The notes beneath the pieces were generated by a model that was not told where the DNA came from, searched no databases, and saw only the letters and a list, made by a program, of their open reading frames with translations. The translations under genes and the position numbers were made by a program. This document shows, piece after piece, positions 1 through 11,494 of a stretch of 64,000 nucleotides of DNA (the stretch's first letter is position 1; every line of letters starts with the position of its first letter). Where the stretch lies: positions 1 to 64,000 of the forward strand of contig JYFJ02001492.1 in NCBI GenBank assembly GCA_000934665.2. Reading direction: 5' to 3'. Origin of the DNA: Catajapyx aquilonaris (lineage: Eukaryota).

Positions 1-129
1 ACATCCACATCTTGCTGGCAACTATATCAACACCCACTTATGCGTGCACCAGCATATACTGTATATCTGCTTAATAAGTGTGAAAATTCCTATCAGCCAT
101 GAGTGAAACCCCTATTCCCTGATTGGCAG

Positions 130-335
130 GTTGCGAATCCCTGAGGGACGTCCGACTGCAGCTCCCGTTCGCGGTTCGGCGAGGCGAGACGGCTGTCCTG
201 CGCTGCCTCTACGACCTGGAAGGGGACGCTCTCTACTCCATCAAGTGGTACAAAGGCCGGCGGGAATTCTACCGCTTCACCCCAAAGGAGATGCCCGCCG
301 TCAAAGTCTTCCCCTTCATCGGACTGCAAGTGGAC
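130..335 (+). CDS. beat: Beat-family Ig protein, first coding exon in window (Ig1 N-half)
   Basis: Acceptor ttggcAG|G at 128-129, donor GTGCGT at 336. Encodes GCESLRDVRLQLPFAVRRGETAVLRCLYDLEGDALYSIKWYKGRREFYRFTPKEMPAVKVFPFIGLQVD, with the typical Beat motif C.YDLE...LYS.KWYKG..EFYR..PKE. Phase-1 start implies an upstream signal-peptide exon. Confidence 0.93.
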
Positions 336-2407
336 GTGCGTACCATCCTCATTGGCTATTCTGGTGTTTGCCGCAGACCCCCGATCCTCTGTCACTTTCG
401 CCACCGGCTTTAACTTTTCTTCGGGACCCCTTTCCCAGCACCAATTACTGATGGCTTGCCCACCCGATCCTTGATTACCACTAATTCTTCCGTAATTAGA
501 TTCGACCTGGGCTTAACTTTTTGGGCCCAAATTATCTCCCTTGACTGCTTTACAGTGCACTTGAAAAACACGTCGAGCTACGAGCCAGGTGGAATAACAA
601 GCTTCATCCTGGGAGTTATGTAACCTAGGCGCCTCCCTTGGCGGATGGGAGGAGTTGATTGCAGGATGAACGTGATTAGAAGCGTTTAGCGCCTCAGATT
701 GAGGGCACCGGTGCGGTAGGCCGTCACGATGGGGGTTCAAGTGACGGACCGTGACGGCTCACATGTTGCAATCAAATGGGAGTGTTTGGGACGAGTTTAA
801 TCAGCATTTTTTTATCTATTTTGTGGCGAAAAACAAAGTTGGGGAATGGGGTCCGCAGAAGCGTGACGTACTTTATGGAGGAGCTCTAAATGGAAAGGCT
901 GAGGCCATACTGATAAAGTTGTGGATAGGTATAAATAGGTCAATGGAGAGGCAGAGCATATTCGGGTCAATTGTGGAGGAAAGGAGCAAAGTTTGAAAGG
1001 CACCCTGGAGAGCAATTATTTTTAGTGGATATTGCCTCAAATACGTGAGATGTAAGAGTGAATCTGACTTTATTTCTAATGACACCTCGTTTTGCAGATG
1101 CGCCTAGAGGATCATTTCGCACATTGTTAGGCCTACTCTAAAAATTGTCGATAATGTATAAGTTTCACCATGCATGCAAGTGATTGGGACACTAATTGTT
1201 AATTTAATGAAACTCTCTAGTTGCTTATAACACCGAATTATTTCAATTATCATTTTTATCTGAGGCAGCCAACAGAGTAGGCCTATATTTCACTAAAATT
1301 ATGATGCAATAACTGTTGCTATTTGCATTCAGTGTGTGGCAACCCACCAAGCCAATAGCATTTAAATGATTGCACACATGAGGGTGTTTTGTGGCCATTT
1401 CAAAGGGTAAATAATTTTAAAAGGACAATATTCAAACCAGACCAGCTACACAAAAATAGGCATTTCATATTATGGGAATATTATGAAGATCATCCACTAA
1501 ATGTCATTGTGTGCCATGGTATCCTTCAATCCTTGGCACAGCTCCTTCATGTAGCATCAAAATTCAAATTCAAAAGCAGGGCATTGCCTCTTTCATGGTG
1601 TGCCTATTTCATGCAGTTTATCATTTACAAATGACATTATATCGCCACTAATAAGCCATCTGGACAAATTCGGGCAATTTTACTCACATAACAAATATGC
1701 ACTGCATATATAGGAATTTTTGCACTGAGAGATAAAGAACATTTCAATATCATACGTACCTAAATTTTATTAACATCTCTTCCTGCAATGATTTTTAGTA
1801 GATTTCTAGATTTAAAAACTTGTTATTGTCTGCCATTCGTCCTTTGAGTTACAGAAATATGAAATTAAAAGTTGTCTATTATTTCACTTTGAAAATGGCC
1901 ACGTTTGTTGCTAGGACCTTTTATCAGTTAGTAGATGTACAATTTTTTAGTTGTTTGTTGTTTATTGAATCAGCGCTGGTTGCACAATGGCATATACACT
2001 GGGGAGAATTGAGAATGAGTACACATCAATTTCAGGTTAGTAAACTATATGCAAATATAAAAGTTCCCAATCATGTACCATTGCAATAAAATACAAAATA
2101 TTATTGCAACATGATATACTATAAAGTTTCCGACGCCTCCTGCTGTGGCCATTTTAAACCTGTATAAATAGTAATATTTCAAACCCAGATTTTTCACAAC
2201 CCAAGAGTGTAGGAGAAAACTTTGTTTCACTTTTTACCTGAAATTATTAAGAACAATATATTCCCCTTAAAAATGAAAGATGGTACACAGAAAAATTAAT
2301 AATTGAAAAATTTGTTACTTAAATTCCCATTTTGAAATATGCCAGCCCAAAAAATACTTCTCGATCTCAAAAAAATGAACCCGTAGTAGACAACACATTG
2401 GGTTATA

Positions 2408-2633
2408 CAGGGTGTTCGAAAACACGAAACTTGATTTACATCCCGGTTAGATCCAGATGATGGATTACTCCCGCCAACCACAGTAGATAAGGAGGAGTTT
2501 GGTAATTCCACACAGCCTGTACATCCATTTATGAGGAAGTATGAAAATGTGCCCTTATCTAGTTGGCACAAGTCATCCATCACCTCCATCTAACAGGAAA
2601 TTTCAACCTTACTCCATGCTTCTTAACACCCTA
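2408..2633. mobile_element. Degenerate Tc1/mariner-type fold-back MITE
   Basis: TA-CAGGGTGTTCGAA...TTAACACCCTA-TA; the inner segments GTTAGATCCAGATGATGGATTACT and AGTCATCCATCACCTCCATCTAAC are imperfect inverted repeats. Confidence 0.55.
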
Positions 2634-2777
2634 TATATTAACCAAGTAATTGGACATGAAACTGAATGGCAACAATATACCTGGGTAGACATAAGTAATT
2701 CCGCCTGTACAGACGTACAGTACACTCATACTGTACAGTAGGCTACAGTGGCACAACTCCGCAATTTTTGAATTTGA

Positions 2778-3109
2778 TTTTTTAAAAAGTTGTACCCCGT
2801 TATCTGGCCGATAGGCCATTTCTAGGGGGGTGGATTACCACCATTTGGGGTTTGGAGCGATATACATATATGTATTTAATTACTCCAAGGGTAATTAGGA
2901 GGGGATGTGCAAAGTGCAAGTGCAATGTCGTTGCTTGGTCATTTTGTGAACTCCCCCGAGTAGGTTAGTCTAGCGGAAATTCCCACCCGAAACGAAGCCA
3001 GAGATGGCCCAACTCTGCACGAAAGAAGGTGGGAACCCCGGGCGGGGATTGAACCCCGGACCTTAACTTCCGTGAGCGCGCGCGTTACCGCGGTGCCACT
3101 CCGTCTCCC
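2778..3109 (-). mobile_element. tRNA-derived SINE (family B)
   Basis: On - strand: A-box-like TGGCACCGCGG, B box GGTTCAATCCC, body motif ACATTGCACTTGCAC shared with family A, shared tail GGTGGTAATCCACCCCCC...ACGGGGTA, A-rich end. Confidence 0.8.
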
Positions 3110-4187
3110 TTTAATTTGAATATTGTACAAAATAATGTTGACAGTAGATGATAGAAAACCGCGTCAGCTCGTGATATACAGCTTTCATGTATCATTGTTT
3201 CAGAACTAATGTTTACATAACGAAACTGCGCACCTAAATAATAGTGCCGCTAGTAATATAACATAGGCCTATATACCGCAGTAAGCCTGGCTGGAACAGC
3301 AAATTTGTAGCTGCCAGGTGAGGAGTTACAGTACACCTATGTGCCTTATACATGCCCCAGAATGCGAATCGCTCAGATTCCTGGTCACGCAAACCAGCCC
3401 TGATGATACTTCTAACAGTGTTTCATAACATCCCCCCCCCTTTTCTGGCTGGGGTGCACTAAAGTGGGTTAATCAGAAGTAAGCCCGAGTGTAGCAAGCA
3501 ACTGACGTCTCCTCTTCCTCGGCGTGTACCGCCAAAGTATAGGCAGCAACTCAAAGGCCTTTGGGTCTCTCCTTCCTCTTCTTGACGCTGACGTACACTT
3601 TACACAGAAAGTACAGCCGCGTTGAGCAAGGCCCACCGCCTCTCTGCAATATCCCTGTCAGAAGCATGTGCGGCAAAACATTAATGGCTTTGGCCGGGAT
3701 ATGAACTGAGCTCCAAGAAATTACTGCAGTTGCCAGGACGCCATTCCTCCCTTGGTATTACCACAATAAGCCACCACCTTCTTAGATGCGGGGAACTTTT
3801 CATTTGCACTGATGCTTTCGCGTGCCTCATTGATTGTTGCTCGAGTCTGGCACTCGGCGTTAGTCATAAACGTCGCCTGTGGCGGGTCTATAGGTGGGGC
3901 TGGAGTCTTACGAGCCCAATTGACACAATCGCTATGCAGGGTCATTTACTCATTCCGGTCTCTCTTTTTTTGGCTGTGACAAAGAGATGGTGCAAAATGT
4001 TGTCACGCTAATAGCTTTTTGAATAGCTGTGAATTGTTACAGGCTCGTAACAAGGTGATTGCTATTATAGCTCTTAAAATGCCGTTTTAAAATAATTTAC
4101 AATACATTTCATTTTTTTTGGTATTGCTGAACAGGGTAGTAGCCTAGATAACTACAGTAGCCTACCAATTGTTGCGCTATACAAGTA

Positions 4188-4320
4188 TACTGCTGGAAAA
4201 AAAACTGCCGTGTACCCTAGCAAGCAGCGCACATGCGGGCGCAGGTTAAAACATGCAAGCTTCCGTCCACTCTCGCACATAGCGCTGCTTGCGGTGGGTA
4301 CAATGATTTTTCCAGTAGTG
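4188..4320. mobile_element. Small MITE with CACTG/CACTA-like ends
   Basis: TA|TACTGCTGGAAAAA...TTTTTCCAGTAGTG|TA; inner inverted GCAAGCAGCGC/GCGCTGCTTGC. Related copy at 11335. Confidence 0.7.
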
Positions 4321-7300
4321 TATAATATGCTTAATTTATCGAAAAATTAATTCCGCATTTTACAATACCAACTGCTTACGGCTGGTGGTAAAAATTATTT
4401 CGGTCTTAACCACTATATTTTGTGAGCTGCCACTGTTAAAGTGTAGGATCTCGGGTTTTGTGGTTTATACCTTTCACCTTGCAGGCCTATATTCTATTTG
4501 ACTATTATACCATTAAAATCCGCGACGTTACAGAGCCATTGAAAGATTGCCAAAGGCTAATTTCCTCGAGGCCTTCTTGCTGTCGTGACTAGGGAAATTG
4601 CATTGCGGAGATTTGATGTCCCCAGTTTTTTTTACTGCTCCATTATTCTTCCATAAATGGAAAATAATTTTGCCCGAGCTATTACGCGGTGCAAAATAAA
4701 GATGCTCGAAATAATGCATGAGGCCCAAATTTTGGGTTACGTTGCGGTGGAAATTACTAAATTATAGTCGCCACCTACTGTTTGTTCAAGTAAGATCTCC
4801 AATGAAAGTATAAAGCACGGTTGTAAACGGGCCGTGTGGTGCTTTATGGACGTTATAACTGTTCGAGGAGATGCCAAATGAAACCTGAAATGTCAACAAC
4901 ATGACCAATTTGGATACAGGCAAAAAAAAATTACAGCTCAGGTACTGCACCTGCAGTTGTTTGAACCTGTCATCAACATTTTTTACATGCTCAAGGGTAA
5001 TGAAGTGTAGCCTAATGTCCCTCTATTTGGTATTCTGACGCGCCTTTATTATTCGTTGGCCGTTAGTCTTTTAAAAAAATAATTTTTGGACACGCTGTGA
5101 CGTTAACGCTGCGAAACAGTTGGAAGAGCTTAAAGTGAGTATCACACCTCCAAGCACCGTTGTCGGTGTGAGTTATGAATCGAGATGAGCCGAGAGATGA
5201 TACTGTGGAGCTGTGTGATGTTCCAGAGGGAAACTAGCAAAGGTCGGATATGGCCCCAAAAGACGGAAGAAAGCAGAAATTTCTGAAACAAAAGTTTTGT
5301 CTGGGTGTCTGTTACCAACTGTCGCCCCAGGAATCGGATTTTTACACGTCGTTATAGGAAAAGAGGCAGACTCGTCTCGGTCTCGTTCAGGAAAAGGTCG
5401 GGCAAAGAGAAAATGGACGGAAGGCCATTTTCTTGCAGTCTGCAAAGTTAGTCCAGTTTCAAACATGTCGCTTTTTATGGATATACTTTCTTGCAATGTG
5501 TATGCGGAACTGTGTTACTTTCACGTCATAAATATTGTGTCTTTGAAATCTTTTTAACACCCGTGCTGCAGGGACTCAAATTTCAGGGGTAAAATAATGT
5601 AGATGATGCATCTTTTGAAGCATTTCAGTCATAAATATGCATATGGAAGTAAAATATTCGTACTTTCCGAGCACTCGGCTTGCCAGTTAAGGCAAACAAC
5701 TTGAACGGCAGCAGATCATATTTTAATGATGATGCTCATGAGAAGTGGTTTTCAAATGTGCTAAACAGCATCGGCTTTTTATGTGTTTACGAAAGATGAT
5801 CGATCCTCCAAAAAATACCACTACACTGCAGTCAAAACCAGCCAAACACTACGCATGCGAAAAAAAAGTCTAGTGAGTGTAGAGAAGTGAATCTAAAAGC
5901 AAGTTGGTGTTATAGGGCCTGTGTTCAACATTAGACCGCTTGCCCACAGCTTAATAATGTAAGGACAATATTGAAACAGTATTCAAAAAGGGCAACTACC
6001 CCAGCAGCTCCGGGTTGTTTTAATAACACGGGGTTTCCCCCTTGTAATATAAACATACAAAATATCCGCAGACCCTATGGTTTTTACTATCCTGTGTCTA
6101 TGCTCGGTCAACATAATCCGCAACCATTTTTCATGCAACGCGGACCATTTACTTTTAGACCTATTACGCGGTCACATTGCATATGCTGATTAGAAACCAA
6201 CAACCTAGGTTTGCAAAAAGTTAAATTACGAGCGAAAGTCTCAAGACGCATTACAATGGCCGGCTCCACTATACTTGGAGAAAATCATTTTATTGCGTGT
6301 AATTAAGGTAATTTAATGGCCGCGATTCTCATTCCAGTCTCAGAGGATCCCGGGAAATTGCAGTGGAAGGCGAGTAAATGACTGATATAAAGGCGAGATG
6401 TTTTATCGATGTCGCTTTAAGTGGTGGAAAGAACAGCGAAAGTCGTGGGGTAGGAATTCGCTGAGAAATGTTCTGGCCTTATATTGAATATATGCCAGCC
6501 ATTAAAAAGTTAAAAGACAGGGATTCTCTCTGGATTATAATATTGTTCCGAGTTAAAAGTGCCGGGTTCGATCCCGGGCAGCAGGATTCGACAGCCTCAC
6601 TTTCGGCACACCGGGGTTGTAGAAATTGAACCATTACCTCCCAACAAGATGAAACGGTGCACTAGTTACAATAATGATGTTATTGTCAAAAGTTATGCTT
6701 TCAGCCTTGTTGTCTCCAGCAGCAGCGTGACACCATCAGCACTGCTATAGAATCAAACGCCTAATTTATTTAGCGCATATACCAGGCGTGCGAATGTGTG
6801 TATAACGTTGCATTCGAGTCGCTGAACTCTAGTCCTAAGCACGTCAATGTGAGTTGCAGGGGCACTGGTCGGAATTCCCCAATATCCAAATTCTTCGTTT
6901 CGGGTCCCGCCCCACGTTTTGCATTCCACACGCCCATGTCGGCCTGTCATAGCGAGAAAGTTTTCCCAAACCCCCCCAATTCACATTCTGCTGCTTATGC
7001 GGTGGCATGCATGTCACATGCAGTGCTTTGGGTTCTGTTCCTGGCGAAATTATTTGAAAAAGTGCACCGGATGCCTGGCTATACTGTATGGTCCAATGTA
7101 ACGTCAATGTATACTGTACGCTTTGCTGTGACAAATCCTCGACCATTTTTTCTGTCCATCAAGTGACAAGTACTGGGCGGTTGCACAAGAGAGCAATACC
7201 AAGTATCACTTGCAGAGTTTACCCTACACGGGTAAGGGTTGCTTACCAGAAATATTCCCTCGTGCCTAATTGCGGTCATTTTCACACAAAATACTGGTTG

Positions 7301-7374
7301 TAAAAGCAAAATTGGTCCGCTGTGCACATTCATAACGTACAGGAAAATTATGTTACCATTTTTTCTCATTACAG

Positions 7375-7510
7375 GTGAACAAGTCCAATGCCACTCAAGT
7401 CACTCTTCAAAAGGTGGAACTGAACTTGTCTGGAAAATACAGCTGCGAGGTATCTGCAGATGCCCCCTTTTTCCACACAGCTCTAGTCCACGGGGAAATT
7501 TCCATTGTGG
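7375..7510 (+). CDS. beat: Beat-family exon (Ig1 C-half)
   Basis: tttctcattacAG|GTG and G|GTAAGT. Encodes VNKSNATQVTLQKVELNLSGKYSCEVSADAPFFHTALVHGEISIV (Beat G.Y.CEVSADAP.F.T motif). Phase 0 in, phase 1 out. Confidence 0.93.
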
Positions 7511-10224
7511 GTAAGTTTCACCCTACAACGGAATGTAGGATTCAGAAGCCTTCATTTTTTATTCGTAAATGTATATTCTGTGTAATCCTTTAAGTAGGAG
7601 GAGAAAAACCTAGCATTACATGCTGGCTTTGAATGCCTCCCAAAGTTAATGCAGGATAGTTTTTTGGCTCCCCCATCTTTGCAGTGGTCCTATAGGCTAT
7701 GGGGGAAGGGGGGGTGGTGGGATCAACCCAGGAGCCAATCTTGAGTTTAGCCCATTGCAGCGCTAGAAACCCTTAAAAGCAAGTGTATGAAATATTCACA
7801 CGATGACCCCAAAAACGATAGGATAAAAAAGAAAGCCCGTAATGTTTCATCTCTTCGGTCATTAAAGCTGGCTGTGACGGCACCCAGTTCGGCGTATCCT
7901 GTGTTCCAAAGCGCTTCCCCTTTCGCGTTCCGGCTCTATGAGAAATGTTCATCCAAAGCGTGAACCGCTGTTACACTCAATTTCAGTTTGTACGCTGTAT
8001 CGGAGAGTAATTACGCTCAAATTTTATGCGCCTCCTGGCACTATATGAATATAGTCGAAAGCTATCCCTAAATAGTTCTAATGTAGTTTTACATTTTCAG
8101 AGCCGTTGGGCACTATTTCGTTGTACAGTGCTGCTTTACAGCGCATTCCTTTCATCCTGAACTACTATAGCGGCATAATGAGATGCTGCCATGTAAAAAA
8201 TAAATTCCTGGCCCATAAAAAGCCGTAAAGTCTGGAGCGGAAATGAGCAGTTTGTTTTGGTAGTTGGAAATGACGGAAAACATCATCCTAATTAATCACT
8301 CAGTCACCTCCCCCAAGACTTTATAACCAACATCCTTCCTTTACCCATCAGTCCATCAAACAGAATAATGACGACGCACTGACGAGAAACGTCCCTCGGA
8401 GGGTAATGCCGACTACACGCCCCTTTTTCCCATCGAAAAATGACGAAAAGTAAAGAGCTCGGTGTTGGATATATCTCGCAAGGCTAAATCTGTCAACAAT
8501 AATCCCTGAGGAAATCTCCACCTGGCCACACTTTCAACCAACGCGCCTGAAAATCACGGTTGGGTTGGCAAAACTGGGGATGCTGTAAATCATCTGGCCA
8601 CCCCTGAACCCAAGCCTCTAACATGGCGGCGACTCAGGTCGCGGTTATCCGCACGTGCTCTGTGGTTACGGGAGTCAACAATACTACGCCCTCATGGAAG
8701 GGAGTTTTACTGTACGATACAGTGTATACTCGCTGCTGTGTGCCCAGTTTCGAGCAATTCATTTGTTTCGGCCCACAGAAATAATAATAAAAAAAACAGG
8801 CCTCTTGTTTCCAAATCTCCTCATTGATGACTCGAGCAGACCGCCAAAACGCTGCTGTTGCGATTATCCGCCGGGGAAATTTTCCATCCCAGAAGCATTA
8901 TGCTTCTGTTAGCTTCGCATTCAGACTGCAATAAAGTATACTATCCTGGCTTATTAGAGGAGCTGCATGGCGGCTTTCGATAATAACGGCTGGTGTCGTT
9001 AATAAAGCTGCACGTACCCCTAGGGGGAGTTGGGGATTGTGGGGTGGGTGTAGTGTTGCCAAAGTTAACAACTCTGCGAATAACAAGTACGGATGAAAGA
9101 AACGCCTAATTATCGGTTTTAACTACGTAAACGTGAGTAATGACACTGAGTGATGAGGGAGATTAACTTTGAGCACGTGACCTTGCAGATGGTGTAGAAA
9201 ATAGTCTGTCTTGGCGCATGTACTAGACTCTTTGTCGGAAGAGTCGTTAAAATTTTGCCAATACTGCAGCCATCCACTGATTGGGGACCTACATAACTTT
9301 TTATACTGTTTACCATTTCTCCGTGCTGCACACTGGATCGCTATACAAAATGAATTATGTAACTGTACTACACGAACATGTGTCTGTTTGAGTATACACC
9401 ACAACACAACTCCCGAATTCCCGTCATAACTGCGCTGTAGTTCACTTTCCCTTTCACGTTCTTGGGCACTAAGAGTAATTATACCCTAATATGTTCTCGT
9501 TAAGAGGCTCAGCGCTATACGAAAGCACCCTAACTGCTCTTTAGAGAGTTTATACGACTCCATTTGCATTATGTGTATTTTTAGGCCGAACAAGTTAAAA
9601 TGTCACTCGGGCGAGATTCCTCTCGAATAAAGAATACTACTGCGCTTACAGTAGTTATTTGATGTCTTTGTAACAAGTTTGTTGAATGTAATAGCTGCTA
9701 ACATGCATACAGATTACAGTATAGGCTACACTCATACAAACTGCGATACACATTAATTTACTGTTGGTAATAATGATGTTTGTGGGATTATTTCCTAAGG
9801 TTATATTAGCATGCAGCTTGCACATCTTATGCATCGTTAAGCACCATTCCTGAACGGACTGATGCTTTACTAAGCTGTGTCCGCCGGTGAGGTGGTCCAG
9901 AAATAATTATTCAACGCCTGAGGGAAGCACTGGTAAATCCTTTTCTATATTTATTATTACATTAATGACAGCAAGTAAGGTATAAAGCAGCCAGTGGTCT
10001 CTACTACGTACGGTATAAGTTTCCACAGACAGTTTTTGCCTTGGCACAGAGTTCGCTAATGCGCCCAAATTTGTAAAATAAAGAATGTCATATAAGCATT
10101 TCAGCAGTTTTTGCTAATTCGTAAGCTGCTCATAAATTACATCAGAATATCAATTCGCCAAGAAGAGCAAACAATATTATTTTCTCGAACAACAACAGTC
10201 TAATTATGTGGTATTTAGTTTACC

Positions 10225-10493
10225 TTTTTTATTATTTATCATACCCCGTGCTAGAGCCTTTGGCTCCCTTAGGGGGGTGGATTACCACCATTGGATGGGA
10301 CAAGGGATAGGGAAGGAAAGAAGGAAGTGGCTGTGGCCTATTTTTACGGAAACGGCCCCGGAATAATTGTCCTGGGGGAGACCATGGAAAACCACAGAAA
10401 ACCATGGTTCGGGTCGCCGGCCCCGGGATTCGAACCCAGGACCTCCCGATTAGCAGGCGGGCTCCTTATCCCCTACACCAACCTGCTTCGGTT
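10225..10493 (-). mobile_element. tRNA-derived SINE (family C) with 11-bp TSD
   Basis: TSD TTTAGTTTACC at 10214-10224 and 10494-10504. On - strand: A box TGGTGTAGGGG, B box GGTTCGAATCCC, distinct body (GGTTTTCTGTGGTTTTCC...GGCCACAGCCACTTCCTT), shared hairpin tail and A-rich end. Confidence 0.88.
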
Positions 10494-10703
10494 TTTAGTT
10501 TACCATTTCAAATATATAGTTAACGAATCTGCCATAATTAGGTAACGACATAATTACGGACTTTCCACAAGGGGAACCCTGATGTCTTGTTTGTTATATT
10601 AGCTTTCATAAGGTCCAATCCTGAATGGGTTATCATTTGTGCGATAAGGTGACAACTGTAGGACACCAGTTTTGTTTGTTTCACTCAGATTTTGGTAGAT
10701 ATG

Positions 10704-10738
<35 letters not shown>

Positions 10739-10775
10739 CCACCACCACCACCACCACCACCACCACCACCATCAC
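10704..10775. repeat. Compound microsatellite (CAT)n(CAC)n
   Basis: About 11 CAT units followed by about 11 CAC units. Confidence 0.95.
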
Positions 10776-11334
10776 GACATTTCCCTATAAGGGGTAGATA
10801 TGCGTGATTGGAAAAGTGAACGCTAATACAATATTGCAAACCAGGGGTAGAATATACAGAGCTGAGTTATACAGTTCAGACTATACGTATAGGGGATCAA
10901 GTTTCTGCCAAAATTTCATTTTTAGTTTCCACTGGTCACAAAAGACAGAGTATGGAAATAGTTATAATTTTGATTTTGCTTTTATTATATGGGCAGATGA
11001 AAACCTATTTTTGAATCAAACTTTATATTAAAACTGACATTAACGAACTTGATTGCGCAACACAGTTTATGTAGAGTGTGGCATCCCTTCAAATGAGATA
11101 TTAGGCCTACAATGGGCATCCCGCAGCCTGCAAGTATCAATTTCATTAAAATATGACAGTTTTAGTAAACGTAACTCACTGTCAGAAAGCAGGTTCTCAT
11201 ATCTACCAATTCCATGAATTTTTTAATTATTTCATGTTTCTACATCCTTCTGTAATGATTTGAAACTTGATAATATTGCAACTTCGCAACAGTCGGATCC
11301 CTATACTGCAGACTACCACCAGCAAGTAGGCCTA

Positions 11335-11494
11335 CACTGCTGGAAAAAAAACCTGATCACCAGCAGCGCCATAACGGAGGCGGGTGGAAGGGTGACCAGC
11401 GGACGCGTAAGCGGGTTTCCAGGTTAATTCATGCACGCTTGCACCCTCTGTGGAGCTGCTTGCTATAGAGTACATAGAGATTTTTCCAGCAATG
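11335..11494. mobile_element. Small MITE with CACTG ends
   Basis: TA|CACTGCTGGAAAAA...TTTTTCCAGCAATG|TA; same TIR as 4188-4320. Confidence 0.72.

Noticed and set aside
6555..6620. Isolated B box GGTTCGATCCC; degenerate SINE-like body at ~17030-17190
   Set aside because: Too decayed to set boundaries.
10625..10807. ORF with poly-Ser/poly-Pro
   Set aside because: Translation of the (CAT)n(CAC)n microsatellite.
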